64,000 nt of DNA from assembly GCA_951406725.2 (NCBI GenBank), contig OX597830.1:37076001-37140000 (forward strand). Direction: 5' to 3'. Each line of letters starts with the position of its first letter. Positions within the stretch are counted from its first letter, which is position 1. Below the pieces are notes generated by a model that worked only from the letters and a program-made list of their open reading frames with translations, had not been told where the DNA came from and ran no database searches. A program made the position numbers and the translations under genes. This stretch comes from Octopus vulgaris (Eukaryota). This document shows, piece by piece, positions 42,850 through 57,012 of the stretch.

Positions 42850-44000
42850 ATGGTACTGTGATTTGTTCACAGAGCCTTGCGCTGATCTTTGAATTAATGA
42901 AAATATAAGATTTTACATGTGAATAGAAAAGCATATCACGTACTCAGTATCTGCCAGTGAAATTGACGGATACTTAAAATATTTTCTACCGTTGTTTCCG
43001 GTTACCAATGAAGCCTGAGTGAGTAATCTTACTTCGATGTATTTACGATATATTTTTGCTTACATTTTGTCACCCAAAACAATACACTTACAATGGAAAC
43101 TAAATATATGACAGAAGGGTTTACCTGGTGTGATGCAGAACAGTTTGATAGATGGAAGGATGATTGATGCATTTTAAATTTGAATATCGAAATCAGCATG
43201 TAGTGCTTGAAGATAAAATTGAAGATGATGAAGAAATCAATATAGCTGGGAGAATTTAAAAGAAATTCATCAGATTGCAGCCAAATGTGCTGGGGGTGGA
43301 ATGAAGATAAAACGAAAGAAATGGATGCCGGTTGAAACTTTGGACGTTATTGAGGCACAATAAAAACTAAAATAAATTGTTGAAAGTTGAAGAGGGTATA
43401 AGATGGATCTTAGAACGGAAATAACCATATATTGGAATCTCAACATACAGATGAAACGGTGTTCCAGAAGTGATATAGGAAGATTCTTGGAAGTAGAAAC
43501 CGATGAAACAGATACATTAATCAATGCAGGAGACAGTAAAAGATTCGGAAAAACTTATGAAATGATAAATGAGATTACAGGCAAAAGAAAACGATCAAAA
43601 AGACTACCTGTGTTTATTATTGACGGGGAACTAATAAAATCAGATACAAATATCTAATAATGATAGAAACAACATTTTAATACAAGCCTGAAGTGGGTGT
43701 TTACTGGGAGAGTTGCTCTGATAATTCAAGAAGCACTAGAGAAGCTGGACGAGGATGTGTATAATATATCGGTTCAAGAAATAGCAATAGTTATTGAACA
43801 TTTAAAAAAATAGAAAGGCTTCTGGATGGATTGGATGGAGTTGCAGGGAAAAATTATAAAAAGATATATATATATATTGACTAGTAGACCATTATTGGAA
43901 ATGCTTCATAATATATAGAATATTGAAAAGATATTTGAAAACTGGAAGATTAATGTAGTTACTCGAATACAGAAAACAAAAAAACAGGTAATCTCAGAAC
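42850..44000 (+). mobile_element. Very degenerate RTE-like LINE (endonuclease end and EN-RT linker)
   Basis: MKRCSRSDIGRFLEVETDETDTLINAGDSKRFGKTYEMINEITGKRKRSKRLPVFIIDGELI and ISVQEIAIVIEHLK.RKASG.DGVAG resemble the RTE linker and KAPGxDG motif. Confidence 0.55.
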
Positions 44001-46749
44001 CTTGGTATATGAAAATGTAGAATCCCAAACAGGATGATATTGAATGCGTTAAGTTTGGTTACCCTGAATACATGACATATTTCAGTTAATAGTGATTAAA
44101 GGGAAGAAGAAATAGGTTTTCGGTGATTAATATGGCCGTAGGAACCAGATATTTTTGCTCAGGGATATACAAAAAATACAAAATGTTCCCACAGCCTTTC
44201 ATAATATATGTTGTAATGAAAGTAGAGAAATATACCTTACAACGTTTAGCAGGTATGTGTGTTGTTGCAAATGAGAACGTGCAAGTCATTAATATTCCTG
44301 TGACAGATTCCGGGATATATCATAAAGCAACGTTCTATAATGCGATAAAGATTTGTATTTTCAAAAATATTTACATTTTATACTATTTTCAGTGAGAATT
44401 TTTACGAGAATACTTACATTACAATTGTCTACAAGATGTAGTTTACTGTAGTACTTGAAACATATAATATTTTCTAGAGTTACTCCTAGTGTAATGGTTG
44501 AAAAGTCACTGGGCGCTATGTAGAGAGAAAAAAGAAATTAATGGGTGGGGTAAGATAGCGTGATCTAATCAGATTATTAAATAAGAAGAACAGTTTTTAA
44601 GATTAAAAACGGAGAGAAAAAGTATATTGTTCGAGATGTAGCGGTTAAACTTCGTGGGGTTGTTATGTAAATAAAGAAGCAAGCGGGAATAACTAGGCAA
44701 TTAAATGATAAGGAAAAAATAAATATATAAACATATGCAATCAAGTCACATTACTTTTTACAGAATTATTACCTTCTACAAATTAATTAACATTGAACCA
44801 TTAAACAAGGAGTAACCTTGGTAAGTGAAGTTAATGCATAAATTATTAATTATTATACAATTAAATTCAGGATAATTTTCGTAAATTGATTGTTATCTAA
44901 AGCAAATAAACCCTTAAAACATGAAGTGATTTAAACATGAAACGATTAATTAAATTATTAATACTTAAATAAATAAAAAGAAATATAAAAAAAAATCAGC
45001 GCATCCAAAATAGAAAATCAACATGATGAGGCAAAAATTATTGAACCTTTTGAACAAAGGAAATATCGATCGATGTGTTTTTAAGTTGACGAATAAACAG
45101 AAATTCATTTATTACAAATAAGTCAGGAAAACAATTAATTAAACAAATAAAACAGGAATAGCGCTCACTGTGTCAATATTAATTATTAGAAGAATAAATC
45201 TGGAAAAATAGCAACAGTAGCAAAAACTATAATCAATGTAGTTAATAAAGGTTTCCGAATAGTAGAAAGGAAAGAAGAAAAGGATCAATAAAGGAAAAGA
45301 GGAAGAGGAAAAAACTACAAATATGAGATGCAGGTATACTAGTAAATAGAGATATGTTCACAAAACCCACTAAATCGGATATCGTTATTATGTGTTTGAG
45401 AATTTTCTAGAGGATAACTAAAAATCCAGATGTATCACCTTTAAGGTGGAACATCCTTGTTATTATAGCAGTAGGCTTTAAGCATATAGTTTTGAATAAA
45501 AATACCACTCAACTCCTATAGCTTGATATCGATAGCTACAACGTTTGAATTACCAAACTGTTAATTAGCAAAGCCTCCACCGTTGCTACAACAATCGCAA
45601 TTACTTCCACTGCACACGCCAATGTTATATAGTATGGGAAGTAAGCTTGTCTAAATTAATAACGATCTCTGACTGAATAAATTTCAACAATATCATTGTA
45701 AGCGTGGCACAAACGATTTGGCGAAGGTTAGTTACTTCGAGAAGCATTTCATAATACGTCGTCTTATGGTTCATTATGCATATTTTGATGTTTTATTTTA
45801 CCGAGAAGATGGACTGTTGAAACTGCTTCTTTGTAACTCACAAACAATAGACAAATCTAGTAAAGATTTGAAATCTTTAAGAACCTTGGGTTGCATATCT
45901 CTGTAGATCCTACTATGCCCACTATAAACTCCTAAGATTCTAAACAATTTTATGCTTTTCTTTCTACAAACTCAGGGTTTTTACATTACATTGAAGTGCA
46001 TTCAAACTACGCTAAGAAGATATTTAGGAACATTGTTAAATGCACAATTCTTACGCTCTCATAATTAACCCGCTAATGAATACTATTTTAATGATTTCTC
46101 TAATACAATGATGTCTCATCTCGAAATGGTTTCAAGGGTGAGATAGCAAATATAGAAACCGCAGTAAATCCCCAAAATCTATGCAACACGGATGCTATAA
46201 AATATTAGAAAAAAAACCCAGTTTTAATCAACTAAAATATCTGTAAACTAAACAAATACATGGCGTACAGATCTATAAAGAAATGTAACTACATTAACTC
46301 TCATTCATACATTGTTGACGTCCAATATTTCAATTACGTCATTGTTGATAAATGTGCCCTAAAAATGATTACATCTAAAAAAATATTCCATTCAAATGAT
46401 ATCAAACCTATTCAAACTCAAATAAGATTTCCATAGCTGCACATTCAGAAACTGTCTAATCAGATATTATTAGCTCCGTACATTTAGAAAATGAAAACTT
46501 AATCTCTGCTCTTTAATCTAAATTCTGAAAATAGCAAGGCCATATTCAGAGTTCAGTTAATAATGCAACGTATGTACATTAGTTGAATATTTTATGAGTT
46601 ATATTTATTTTAAAAGTTATATCTCAGGGAAATTATCACTGAATAAATTGAATATTAATGCTTAACTTGCCTAATAACTACTTTTTTCATTAACTCAAAA
46701 TTATAACGAATGCTTTCTTATTTAATATCAGATTGTAAATTATTCATTT

Positions 46750-46776
46750 ACTACTACCACCACCACCACCACCACC

Positions 46777-46872
<96 letters not shown>

Positions 46873-46905
46873 ACTACTACTACTACCACCACCACCACCA
46901 CCACC

Positions 46906-46943
<38 letters not shown>

Positions 46944-46944
46944 A

Positions 46945-47014
<70 letters not shown>
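46750..47014. repeat. Compound (CAC)/(TAC)/(TGC) microsatellite
   Basis: Directly visible; a similar compound array lies at 48310-48600. Confidence 0.95.
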
Positions 47015-47015
<1 letters not shown>

Positions 47016-47178
47016 AAGACGTTTTGGAGTTAGTTCTGAATAAATTCCAAGTTGATTTTATTACGTGGTAAATAATCTTTGCGAAGGTACATTCTTCCTG
47101 AATAAGTGTTCTAAAATCATTTCATCGGGCAGGTGAACGAGGTTTATCATGTAAAAATCCTTCAGACTTATTAACTAC

Positions 47179-48300
47179 TCTTTTAATCACGTTATTATGT
47201 ATCTCTTTAATAATTCTTACCTTTGGAAAATTATCACTTGTATAATTATATACTAATTCGTTATGTATCCATTAACTGATATATTCATTAACTTGAAATT
47301 AATTATAAAGCGTGTTTTCTGATTAAGTGGTTCATTACGAATTATTCACTAAAGAATAGAATCCTAGTTTACTCTTTACTATGTATAAATCTCAATCCAT
47401 TATCTACTTTTCTTACGCTGTAATCATCTTCTATAAACTACTTTCTCCTATCCTAACCTCTACATCTATTCTCTCGAATAATCAAGAGTATTAATATGCC
47501 AGTCTAGTTTGCCTTATGCCCAAGACTTCATTTGTAATCCACAGCTATCATGTACAAGTCTCTGAATATGTTCTATCAAACTGTAGGCATTTACTCTGTT
47601 GAAGCTTGCAGTTTTCTCATTTTATATCTTATCTTTTTGCTTTCTCAGATACTACAAATTAACCTACACAATACATATATTCGTAATTATGATAATCGTC
47701 TCCTAATTATTCATAGTACTATAAAAAAATCCGTCAGGTTCTTGATGTTTTAACAATTTTTTGCTGTTCTTCCTGTTACCGTCTTCACACAATTCATTAT
47801 ACAACTGCAAAACATATTATTGATTATAATTGCTGTTATTATATCTGTAATTTGTTTTGAAATTACGTGTCTGATTCTCAATAATAATCAAATTAGTGAG
47901 TGATATTTCTGATATATTTGTTTGTTTCTGCTATTTAATTGCACAATGATAAATTATCTTTTTATATGAATTTAATAATACATGTAACTATTTCTGATAT
48001 AAAGGTTCAATAATTTTCTATAAATAATAGCATTCACAGAACTCATTTTTTTTACTATAATTGCTCTGATTTGTTAGATTGTCTTTTTTTCTTAAGCATG
48101 AAAAACATAAAAATTCCCAATTTAATCTTTTAATCGCGTTATGAATGTAACTGTTCAATAATTCTCACTTTAGGAAAATTATCGCTGGTATAATTTTATA
48201 TTAATTTGTTATCTATCCATTAATTGATATGTTCATTAACTTGAAATTATAAAGAGCGTTTTCTGATTAGGCAGTTCATTACGAATTATTCGCTAAAAAA
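47179..48300. repeat. ~180-bp diverged direct repeat (47179-47356 / 48126-48300)
   Basis: Shared GGAAAATTATC.CT.GTATAATT.TATA.TAATT.GTTAT.TATCCATTAA.TGATAT.TTCATTAACTTGAAATTA..TTTTCTGATTA..GTTCATTACGAATTATTC. Confidence 0.85.
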
Positions 48301-48388
48301 ATTGATAATAATACTAATGATAAACAACAACTACTACTACAACTACTAATACCACCAAACCACCACCACCACCACCACCACCACCACC

Positions 48389-48507
<119 letters not shown>

Positions 48508-48540
48508 AGCAGAAACAAAAACAACAACAACAACAACAAC

Positions 48541-48585
<45 letters not shown>

Positions 48586-48639
48586 TTAAAAAATAACAAC
48601 AGCAACGACAATAGCAATAATTATAATCAAAATAAACAT

Positions 48640-49265
48640 TCTTTATGAGGAATCAGATGCAACAGAAAGATGTAGGATGTGTGGAGAAAAAGAGGAAAAT
48701 GTATGGCATATCATCAGCCATTGTACAAAGCTGACACAAAAAGAATAAAAGCGATGCCGTGATAATGTACCGAAAATCTTTGATTGGGAATTATGCGGAA
48801 TATACGGTCATGAAGAAGCAAGCCACTGGTATGCGTACAAACCATAATGCGTTGTAGATAATGCACAAGACAAGATCTTATGGGACTTTGTGGTACAATA
48901 TGACCATGAAACTGAATATCGCAAATTAGATATTACAGTGATTGACAAGTAAATAATGTTTGATTCTAGATGTAGTTTGTCCATCTGACAATAAGGTCTG
49001 TGACAAAGAATTCAATAAGATGGGCTGATAGAAACTACTTGAATAAGAAATAAAACATTTGTGGGCAATGCAAAAGTTCGAGGTAGACCTAGTTGGTGTT
49101 TCGACGCTTGGTAGTGTGAACACCAGAATTGAAAATTATTTAAAGAAATATACCTGGCATCATCAGGATGTGGCGCTTACAGAAAACACCACTTTTTGAA
49201 ACTGCCAGAATACTTGCGAAAGAGCTTGATAATTGAAAGTACCACCTAAGTTCACTGGCTGTACA
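48640..49265 (+). mobile_element. Diverged R4/Dong RLE fragment between AAT-type repeats
   Basis: CRMCGEKEENVWHIISHCTKLTQKE*KR..KILWDFVVQYDHETEYRKLDITVIDK..ILDVVCPSD..LQKTPLFETARIL. Confidence 0.8.
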
Positions 49266-49280
49266 CGATAATAATAATGA

Positions 49281-49324
<44 letters not shown>

Positions 49325-50221
49325 ATAATAATAATAATAATAATAATGATAATAATAATAATAACAACAACGACAACATCATCAACGATAATAATAACTC
49401 ACTTAAGAACTATACATTTATTTGTTTTAACATATTTAGTTCCAAGTTGAATAATTATCCAACCATTTAGTAATTGATTTATGACCCATTTCAAACTTCT
49501 ACTACACGAATAATAAATTTGTTCTCTCCTCCTTCTTCAGCTTAAGCCCGTTCGTAAGTAATTAATTTGCTCGACGACTCTTTCTCTTTATCTCGTCGTA
49601 TATAACAAGGTACTCTTTACCGCTATTTTTGTTTTACCGCATCATCAGACTTTAATATTTACAAATTATTTTTTGCCTCTTTATTTAAAGCGTAATGTAC
49701 AATGTATAAAGCCCAAATTCTCGTTAATCCCAGCAGCTTTGAAAATTTCAGTATTCAAGAATCGTTACACGTAATTGTTTTACCAATACTTCCTTTCACT
49801 TTGTCATATTAAATAGAGCTTTTTCCTTATTTTTCTTTTAAATATACATACATACATACATATACGCTGTATTTCAAAGGTCATTTCAGACCTTGTCTGT
49901 CTGCAATATAAAATCACACAGTATCTTTGTACTTTCATTCTTCAGCACCTTCTCTACCTTGTGGTCATTCCTCTTTTCAGAAGAAGAGAAGTTGTACTTC
50001 TTACAGATTTTCCCTAATGCACTCATTCGCCACCCTATCACGTCTCCTGTTTCTCCAGTTCTTATACTCTATTGTGTTAGTTCTGGACATTCTAACAAAA
50101 AAATAATAATAATAGTATGTGTTGAAACGTTTCTTCTCTTACACCACACGTTCTACATTGATCGTCAATATTTTCTTTGCCAATAACCTCCCTGATGTTT
50201 TTCGTTCACAATGCATGTTCT

Positions 50222-50247
50222 TGTCTGTCTGTCTGTCTATTTGTCTG

Positions 50248-50344
<97 letters not shown>
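50222..50344. repeat. (TCTG)n/(TCTA)n microsatellite, 5' flank of the Tx1 LINE
   Basis: Directly visible. Confidence 0.95.
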
Positions 50345-50378
50345 TGTTGTTTTCTATTGTTTCTATCTATTGTTATCT

Positions 50379-51743
50379 ATCGTGTCTAGCCACGAGCACA
50401 TCGAGCTGGTCGGCGAGACACTGAAAAACTACGAAGCGGTGACAGGAGCGAAAATCAACCGGGAAAAGTCAGTGGGCTTGCGACTAGGCACCTGGGGAAG
50501 CAAGCCCATGCCGTCCACCAGCGCCTCCGTCGTGGGACGCTGGCCCGACGGCCCGGTTGAGTTGCTCGGGGTCTGGTTTGGTCCGGACCTCCAAGTGGAG
50601 AAGAACTGGAACGAGATAACGAGTAGGGTGGTCACTCTCGCCCGGCAATGGGCCGAGAGGAAACTGTCCCTAAAAGGTCGAGCGGAGGTGGCGAACACGT
50701 ACATCGCGTCCGTCATCTACTACCGCCTGACCGTCGTACCTTGTCCCGACCCTACCATCACCAAACTACAACGCATCCTCTTTCGCTTCTTGTGGAAAGG
50801 ATGCGTCCCGATGGTCAGGCGATCCATTTGCTGTCAACACCCGTTAAAAGGAGGGCTGGGCATGCCGTGGTTGATGATGCGCAGACACGCGCTGAGACTG
50901 CGGCATCTCTGGCTCTATGTAGACGACGGTGAACAGGTGTGGTCGCCGTTTGTGAGGCACGCTTTCCCGCAGCTCGTCTCCATGACCGAACTGCAGTCGT
51001 GGATCAAAAAGAGGCCGAGGAAGGGCGAATGGCACCGCGAGTGTCGCGTTGCTCTCAAGCAACTCTGCCGTCCTGGGTCGACCTTAAGTGACTTCAACAC
51101 AACCAAAGCATTCTATAGGGGTTTAGTGGAGGGGAGGTACGACGACGAGCTCGGGGCGAACCTGGACGTCGACGAGGAGTACCTGACCCGCCTGTTCAGG
51201 ACGACTTTCGGGCCAGGGCCCATGGACAACTTCCAGAGATCCCTGGCCTGGCAGTGCTACCGAGAAGCGCTACCCGTTCGGGATAAGCTCTACAGACACG
51301 GCTCGAGAAACACGGGGCCGACCTGCCCGAGATGCGGTCAGAGCGACGAAACCGTTCTGCACGCACTCGTTCAGTGTCCAACAATTTCCGACCTGTGGGC
51401 TTATGTCGAACAACTGCTGTCACGTGTGGGACGAGTCGGTTTATCAGCTGAGTCTATCGTCAATATTGTCACGCCTCCTTCCTTCAAACGGGAAGGAAGA
51501 GCTATTTTCATCATCCTTGTGGCTATGGCGAAAGAATGTATCTGGTGGACGCGTCTGAAAGGATTGGAGACAAACACTTTCCTCTCTGGTCAATCTCTCA
51601 TCAACTTCTTCAAGTACCACTTGAAAAGGAAAGTGAGAGTAGAGAGGCAAGTTTTGTCTAGCGAATGTTTTAAAAAAAGATGGGTGAATGTAGCAAGAAT
51701 GGCACGTATGAATGACGAAGCCACCTTGAGCATAGTCCTATGA
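50379..51743 (+). CDS. Tx1-type ORF2 C-terminal part (RT end, thumb, CCHC finger); partial
   Basis: YEAVTGAKINREKS, LLGVWFG..NW, W..RKLSLKGRAEVAN, FLWKG, GGLGMP, LPVRDKL, CPRCGQSDETVLHALVQC. The N-terminal SIYL run of the listed ORF is microsatellite. Confidence 0.9.
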   Translation: MVSSHEHIELVGETLKNYEAVTGAKINREKSVGLRLGTWGSKPMPSTSASVVGRWPDGPVELLGVWFGPDLQVEKNWNEITSRVVTLARQWAERKLSLKGRAEVANTYIASVIYYRLTVVPCPDPTITKLQRILFRFLWKGCVPMVRRSICCQHPLKGGLGMPWLMMRRHALRLRHLWLYVDDGEQVWSPFVRHAFPQLVSMTELQSWIKKRPRKGEWHRECRVALKQLCRPGSTLSDFNTTKAFYRGLVEGRYDDELGANLDVDEEYLTRLFRTTFGPGPMDNFQRSLAWQCYREALPVRDKLYRHGSRNTGPTCPRCGQSDETVLHALVQCPTISDLWAYVEQLLSRVGRVGLSAESIVNIVTPPSFKREGRAIFIILVAMAKECIWWTRLKGLETNTFLSGQSLINFFKYHLKRKVRVERQVLSSECFKKRWVNVARMARMNDEATLSIVL

Positions 51744-52120
51744 ACCCAGAAATCGAAAACAGAGAGTTGCTTATTTGCAAAAAAAAAATAAAGAAATATA
51801 AAATGTGACATCATTGACCGAGGTTACCGTGGTCTTTTCCGTAGGCTTTTCTTTGCACGGGTAAACCTCACCTGTCATCCCCTTTACACTTCATATTGAC
51901 ATTTCTGTGATAACGATCCCTATTGATCAATTTTTTTCCTCCCCCCTTTTTTTAAACCCCCCTTTTTTTTGTCCTCTTTCTCTCCTTTTACAATCCCTTT
52001 TGATCGAAACTCCCCCTTCCTTTTTTTTTTTTTTTTTTTTCTTTCTTAAACCTTCAAAAGAAAAGCTCTACCTTGTAATTTGTTCTATCTGTGTGCAGCC
52101 CTGTGTGGCTAATAAAGAAA
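50379..52120 (+). mobile_element. Young 5'-truncated Tx1/L1-clade LINE in (TCTA)n
   Basis: Intact ORF remnant, visibly more GC-rich than the host DNA; pyrimidine-rich 3' UTR ending AATAAAGAAA; TCTA repeats on both sides of the cluster. Confidence 0.92.
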
Positions 52121-52132
52121 CATATCTATTGT

Positions 52133-52426
52133 TGTTTTTTTTCCATCCCCCAAAAGAAAAGCTCTACCTTGTAACTTGTCCCATCTGTGTACAGCCCTGT
52201 GTGGCCAATAAAGAAACTTATTTATCTATCTATCTCTTTTCCTCTTTTTTCTTCTTTTTTTCTTTTCTTTTGTTTCTTTTCCTTTTTTCTCTTTTTTTCT
52301 TTTTCCCTTTTGCGATCCCTTTTGATCGAAAACCTACGCCACTTTTTTTTTCCATCCCCCAAAAGAAAAGCTCTACCTTGTAATTTGTTCCATCTGTGTG
52401 CAGCCCTGTGTGGCTAATAAAGAAAC

Positions 52427-52427
<1 letters not shown>
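52133..52427 (+). mobile_element. Two additional short 3' ends of the same Tx1 family
   Basis: CAAAAGAAAAGCTCTACCTTGTAA.TTGT.CCATCTGTGT.CAGCCCTGTGTGGC.AATAAAGAAAC at ~52151-52217 and ~52360-52426, each followed by TATCTATC. Confidence 0.9.
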
Positions 52428-52502
<75 letters not shown>

Positions 52503-52553
52503 ATATCTATCTATATGTCTGTCTGTCTGTTTGTCAGTCAATCTGTCTGTCTA

Positions 52554-52596
<43 letters not shown>

Positions 52597-52787
52597 TTCT
52601 ATCTATCTATATTTTATTTAATCGGTAAAAGTTGCAAAATGACTGAGGTACATCAGTAATTGCCAATGCACGAAACGCTCGGTCCTGTGAGACTTTGGAA
52701 TTTTTCTGATTAAATAAAAAAAAAAAAATCTATATGCCCTCATGGCTTTCGAGTTCCATTTTTCTCCTTCTTTATAAGCTTATACCT

Positions 52788-53205
52788 AAGGCAGTGAGCT
52801 GGCAGACTCATTAGCACGCCGGACAAAATGCTTAGTGGCATTTCGTCTGTCTTTTCGTTCTGAGTTCAAACGACCTGGTGTTTCATTCTTTCGGAGGCTA
52901 TGAAATAAGTAGCAGTTAAGCACTGGGATCAAGGTAATCAACCAACCATCCTTCTCAAAATTTCGGTCCTTGTGCCTATAAAACAAGGGATTTTAAACCC
53001 TATGAAGCAGAATCGCTAACCTGACCGAGAAAATACTAAGCGACATTTCGTTATGTTTCTGTTCTGAGTTCAGCTATCGCCGAGTTCGATTTTGCCTTCG
53101 AACCTTTCGGGGTCGATAACATAAGTACCAGTTGAGTACTGCGGTCGATATAAACGTCTTCCACACGCGTCAAATTTGTCAGTCTTGTGCCAAAGTATGA
53201 AAGAG
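52788..53205 (+). mobile_element. Two tandem SINE family C copies
   Basis: AAGGCAGTGAGCTGGCAGAC.. head; cores TTTCATTCTTTCGGAGG.. and GCCTTCGAACCTTTCGGGGTCGATAAC..AGTACCAG. Confidence 0.8.
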
Positions 53206-53599
53206 TTATTAAATCTTTCTGTATGTCTATCAATTTAAAACCATACACCCCCTCACACATTTATTCATTATATTACAACGATTCCTTTAGAAGTTGTCAG
53301 ACGAAAATACCTAGCATCATCACAATAACTAATGAAAAAATTAACTTTTATAAACGGTGCAAAGGCTAAAAGTTCGAGAGTGGGGAATTGTAAAAGAATA
53401 TTACGTCAGAGATAAAAAAGACCAAGCCAAAGAGAGGTAAGAAAACATATTTAAGGGTATCAGTTTCAGAGAATATCGACTGAGCAGAACCAAATCACAT
53501 ATAGTATAGTGTTACGAAAATTTTAAAAAGAACGATTTCTGTATGTGAATTATACATTCTCAGATCATGAACAGTGCAGGATAATGTTTCAAGTATGGA

Positions 53600-55700
53600 T
53601 GGAAGATATTGAACTTTGATCAGTGTTAAACCATTTTGGATAGGAACAGTACTCAAACTAAACTTGAATAGAAAACAGATATCTCCTTCAGATAATTTTG
53701 TAGAGAAGCTGTATTTAGGAAATGAAGACTATCGAAGTAATATTTAGCGTCAGATAGAATTAGCTGGAAGATATATACTAAGAGATTCCTATATTTTCCA
53801 CGGCAAAAGAGACTAAACTTTTGATATACATTTAATAGCTTACAGTGTGCATGAGGAAGAAACGACGCATAACAGTGGGATTTAGATAATTAAAAGTAAA
53901 AGCTAATTATGTTGGGAGTAGCGTAATTATACCTCTGGCCATAATCAAAATACGCAACTGACTATCAGAAGAGGCCTAATGAGAAGTGAAAAACGCTAAT
54001 TATTCAAAAGACCCACTAGATACGTTAAATTGGTAAGAGATGTGTCACAGGAAACAATGAATCTGGAAGGGATATAAAATGTTTGCCTCACGGGATTAAA
54101 ATGTAATCTTAAAGATTTTAATTTGAAGAAAAATCAGAAACGATGTTACGCATAGTTACTATTGCCTGTGCATACATGTGTGTTTGTGTTAAATATAAAG
54201 AAAAACGTAATAAACAAATCTGATTAGGGTAATCAGTCGTAACAAATCAAGACTTTGCTAGATAGTAGCTATAGTAAAAGGTGAGGTTAAAGAGTTGAAT
54301 TCAGTCTGAGGTGATATACAAATTAATTAAATATAAAAGAAGAGGAAAACACTGCAAGATCTTACACTCCACCACACAGCAAATAATGAGCCGAAATCAA
54401 AGTAGTTATGTAGTAGTAGGTAAAAATGTACTAATAGAATTAACTAGACAAAATTAATGGTACGTAAAAGAAATAAGAAACAGGAAAATTTAAATGTAAA
54501 TAATGGGAACTAAAAACATTGAAATCACTGGGGAGTAATTATAATGAGTTAAACCTTTTAATATATAATTGCTTACTAACAATGGTTTTTGCACATTGAC
54601 ATTAATTAAATTAAATATATCGATTAAACTTGTAAGTATATATAAACTTACGTTACACTCACTATTCTAGGAAGATAGACAGTGTTCAACAAATTAGCTA
54701 TTTTGTCTAATTTTGATTTCGCAAGATATAAACATAGAGCAATACAACATATCTCTGCTTAACTATTCGAGGACAATTAATCATAGCAACGTAAGTTCGT
54801 AGTTATAAGAAGTAAATAAATACGATGAACTAAGATCGAACCCAAGTATTAAGAGTAAAATCAAATATCTAAATTTTCAGGTACATGCACTTGAATAATT
54901 ATTAGAACATGGCTTATAGAATATACTAGATAGTAATTAAACGAATGTAATCTAATTATTGATTGGTAACTAATTCAGGTTTGACATACAACTACTAAAA
55001 GGGTTTATAATAACTATTAAGGAAGTAAAATAGAAGGGAGATAATTAGGTTAATCTTGCATATTTTAGAGGTGTTCGGCTTAGCAAAGGAAGTCGTTAGA
55101 AAGCTAGCTTATTCTAGATTGCAATTATAGCAACGTTAAATAAATAAATTCCTTTGGTAGCGATATATAATAAATAAGGACTCGATTGAGCAAGATGCAA
55201 TGTATTACTTAATAATAAAGCGATATGGCGTAGTGAAATTAATAAAGAAAGCAGTCTATATTGTAATATATCTAGGAAATTTATGGATGATGGTAAGAAA
55301 AAGTTGTATTATCTAGCAACTTCAACTCACAAAGAGAAGCCAGAATGATGTAAATTAACAGACGAAATATAATAAAGTTGTACTATACCAAAAAGTAGTA
55401 ACAGAGGAAAATGGAAAAGAATATGAAAAGAAATTTCAAGAGAAAAGTGATGGCTGAAAGGATATAAAATTGAACCATTGAGAATTAATGATTTAACAAA
55501 GGACATGATAATTAAGAAGTAGAGCTTCTTAAGAAAAGTATGAGGAAAACGCAAGCGAAATAACGTATATGGAATTGATGTTTAGATGTTAAATGTCATG
55601 AATAACATGAAATAAAAAGTGCATCAATAGAAAAAGAGTTGACAACGTAAACGAAAGTGAAATACGAAGCGAGATACAAAGTACAATAGTATATCAGTGA
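53600..55700 (+). mobile_element. Highly degenerate RTE-like LINE relics (RT C-terminus ~53.6-54.1 kb; APE endonuclease ~54.5-55.3 kb)
   Basis: Weak motif remnants: RQIELA..TKL.IY, W..KTLKSLG and LLNNKAIWRSEI; A-rich strand bias. Confidence 0.35.
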
Positions 55701-56522
55701 CGAATAACTTCCCTAGTATAACCCGTCTAGCACAAAGTCGATCTTATTAATTATACTTTTTGTAATTCAAAAGATCAAAAGTCAAATTTAATCGCAGGCT
55801 TTGTATAAAAACGTTATGGATTTTCATTCAAATTATAATCTTTGATATTATATTTGAATTCCGTAGCGCAGACACATTCACTCAACCTTCCTTTTACATT
55901 CATTGTTTCTTACTAATAAATCGTTTAGAAATTTAGCTCATTCAGTGTGACATTGAATAATTAGATATTTTTTCCCCCGTTTTTCCCCGTTCTTTTCTAA
56001 TAGAATCCAATTAATGTAATTACAACTAATTGTATTTTCACGATATTCCTCGCACAATATTCTTGTAATAGAATTTTCTCTTAGCTTTTAATTTTTCATT
56101 CTCTAAACTCCGGTTATTATGCACGACTTTCTGCTGATGTATCACCTTAGACTATATACACCTAAAATTTTGGCCGCCTTATGTAGCGGCAAATAATAGA
56201 TTCTTTCAACATTGATCTCCATTTAACTTCCACTACTTTCAAGCTGACGCTAAATCTTAGTTCAATTATTTTCATTTCGTAGACATCTCTTCTTCACGAT
56301 TAGGATATTGATCTGTCCTCTTACTGCAAAAGCAACTAAATGCTTTAGGTTTCTTCTTTTGTTGCTTAATTTGAATAAAAGTCTTCAAAATTAGCTTAAC
56401 AGGTCAATGAATTAAAAGAGAAAACGTTTACGCTCAGAGTGGCATAGGTCCTTGATATAAAACTCCGAATAGTTTTACATTCCACAGGCACTTACACACA
56501 GATACACACATATATTTATATA

Positions 56523-56614
<92 letters not shown>

Positions 56615-56617
<3 letters not shown>

Positions 56618-57012
56618 TCTTTTACTTGTTTCAGTCATTTGACTGCGGCCATGCTGGAGCACCGCCTCTAATCGTGCAACTCGACCCCGGGACTTATTCT
56701 TTTGTAAGCCCAGTACTTATTCTATCGGTCTCTTTTGCCGAACCGCTAAGTAACGGGGACATAAACACACCAGCATCAGCTGTCAAGCAATGCTAGGGGG
56801 ACAAACACAGACACACAAACACAGACACACGTACATATATATACATATATACGACGGGCTTCTTTCAGTTTCAGTCTACCAAATCCACTCACAAGGCTTT
56901 GGTCGGCCCGAGGCTATAAAGGAAGACACTTGCCCAAGGTGCCACGCAGTGGGACTGAACCAGGAGCCATGTGATTGGTAAACAAGCTACTTACCACACA
57001 GCCACGCCTGCG

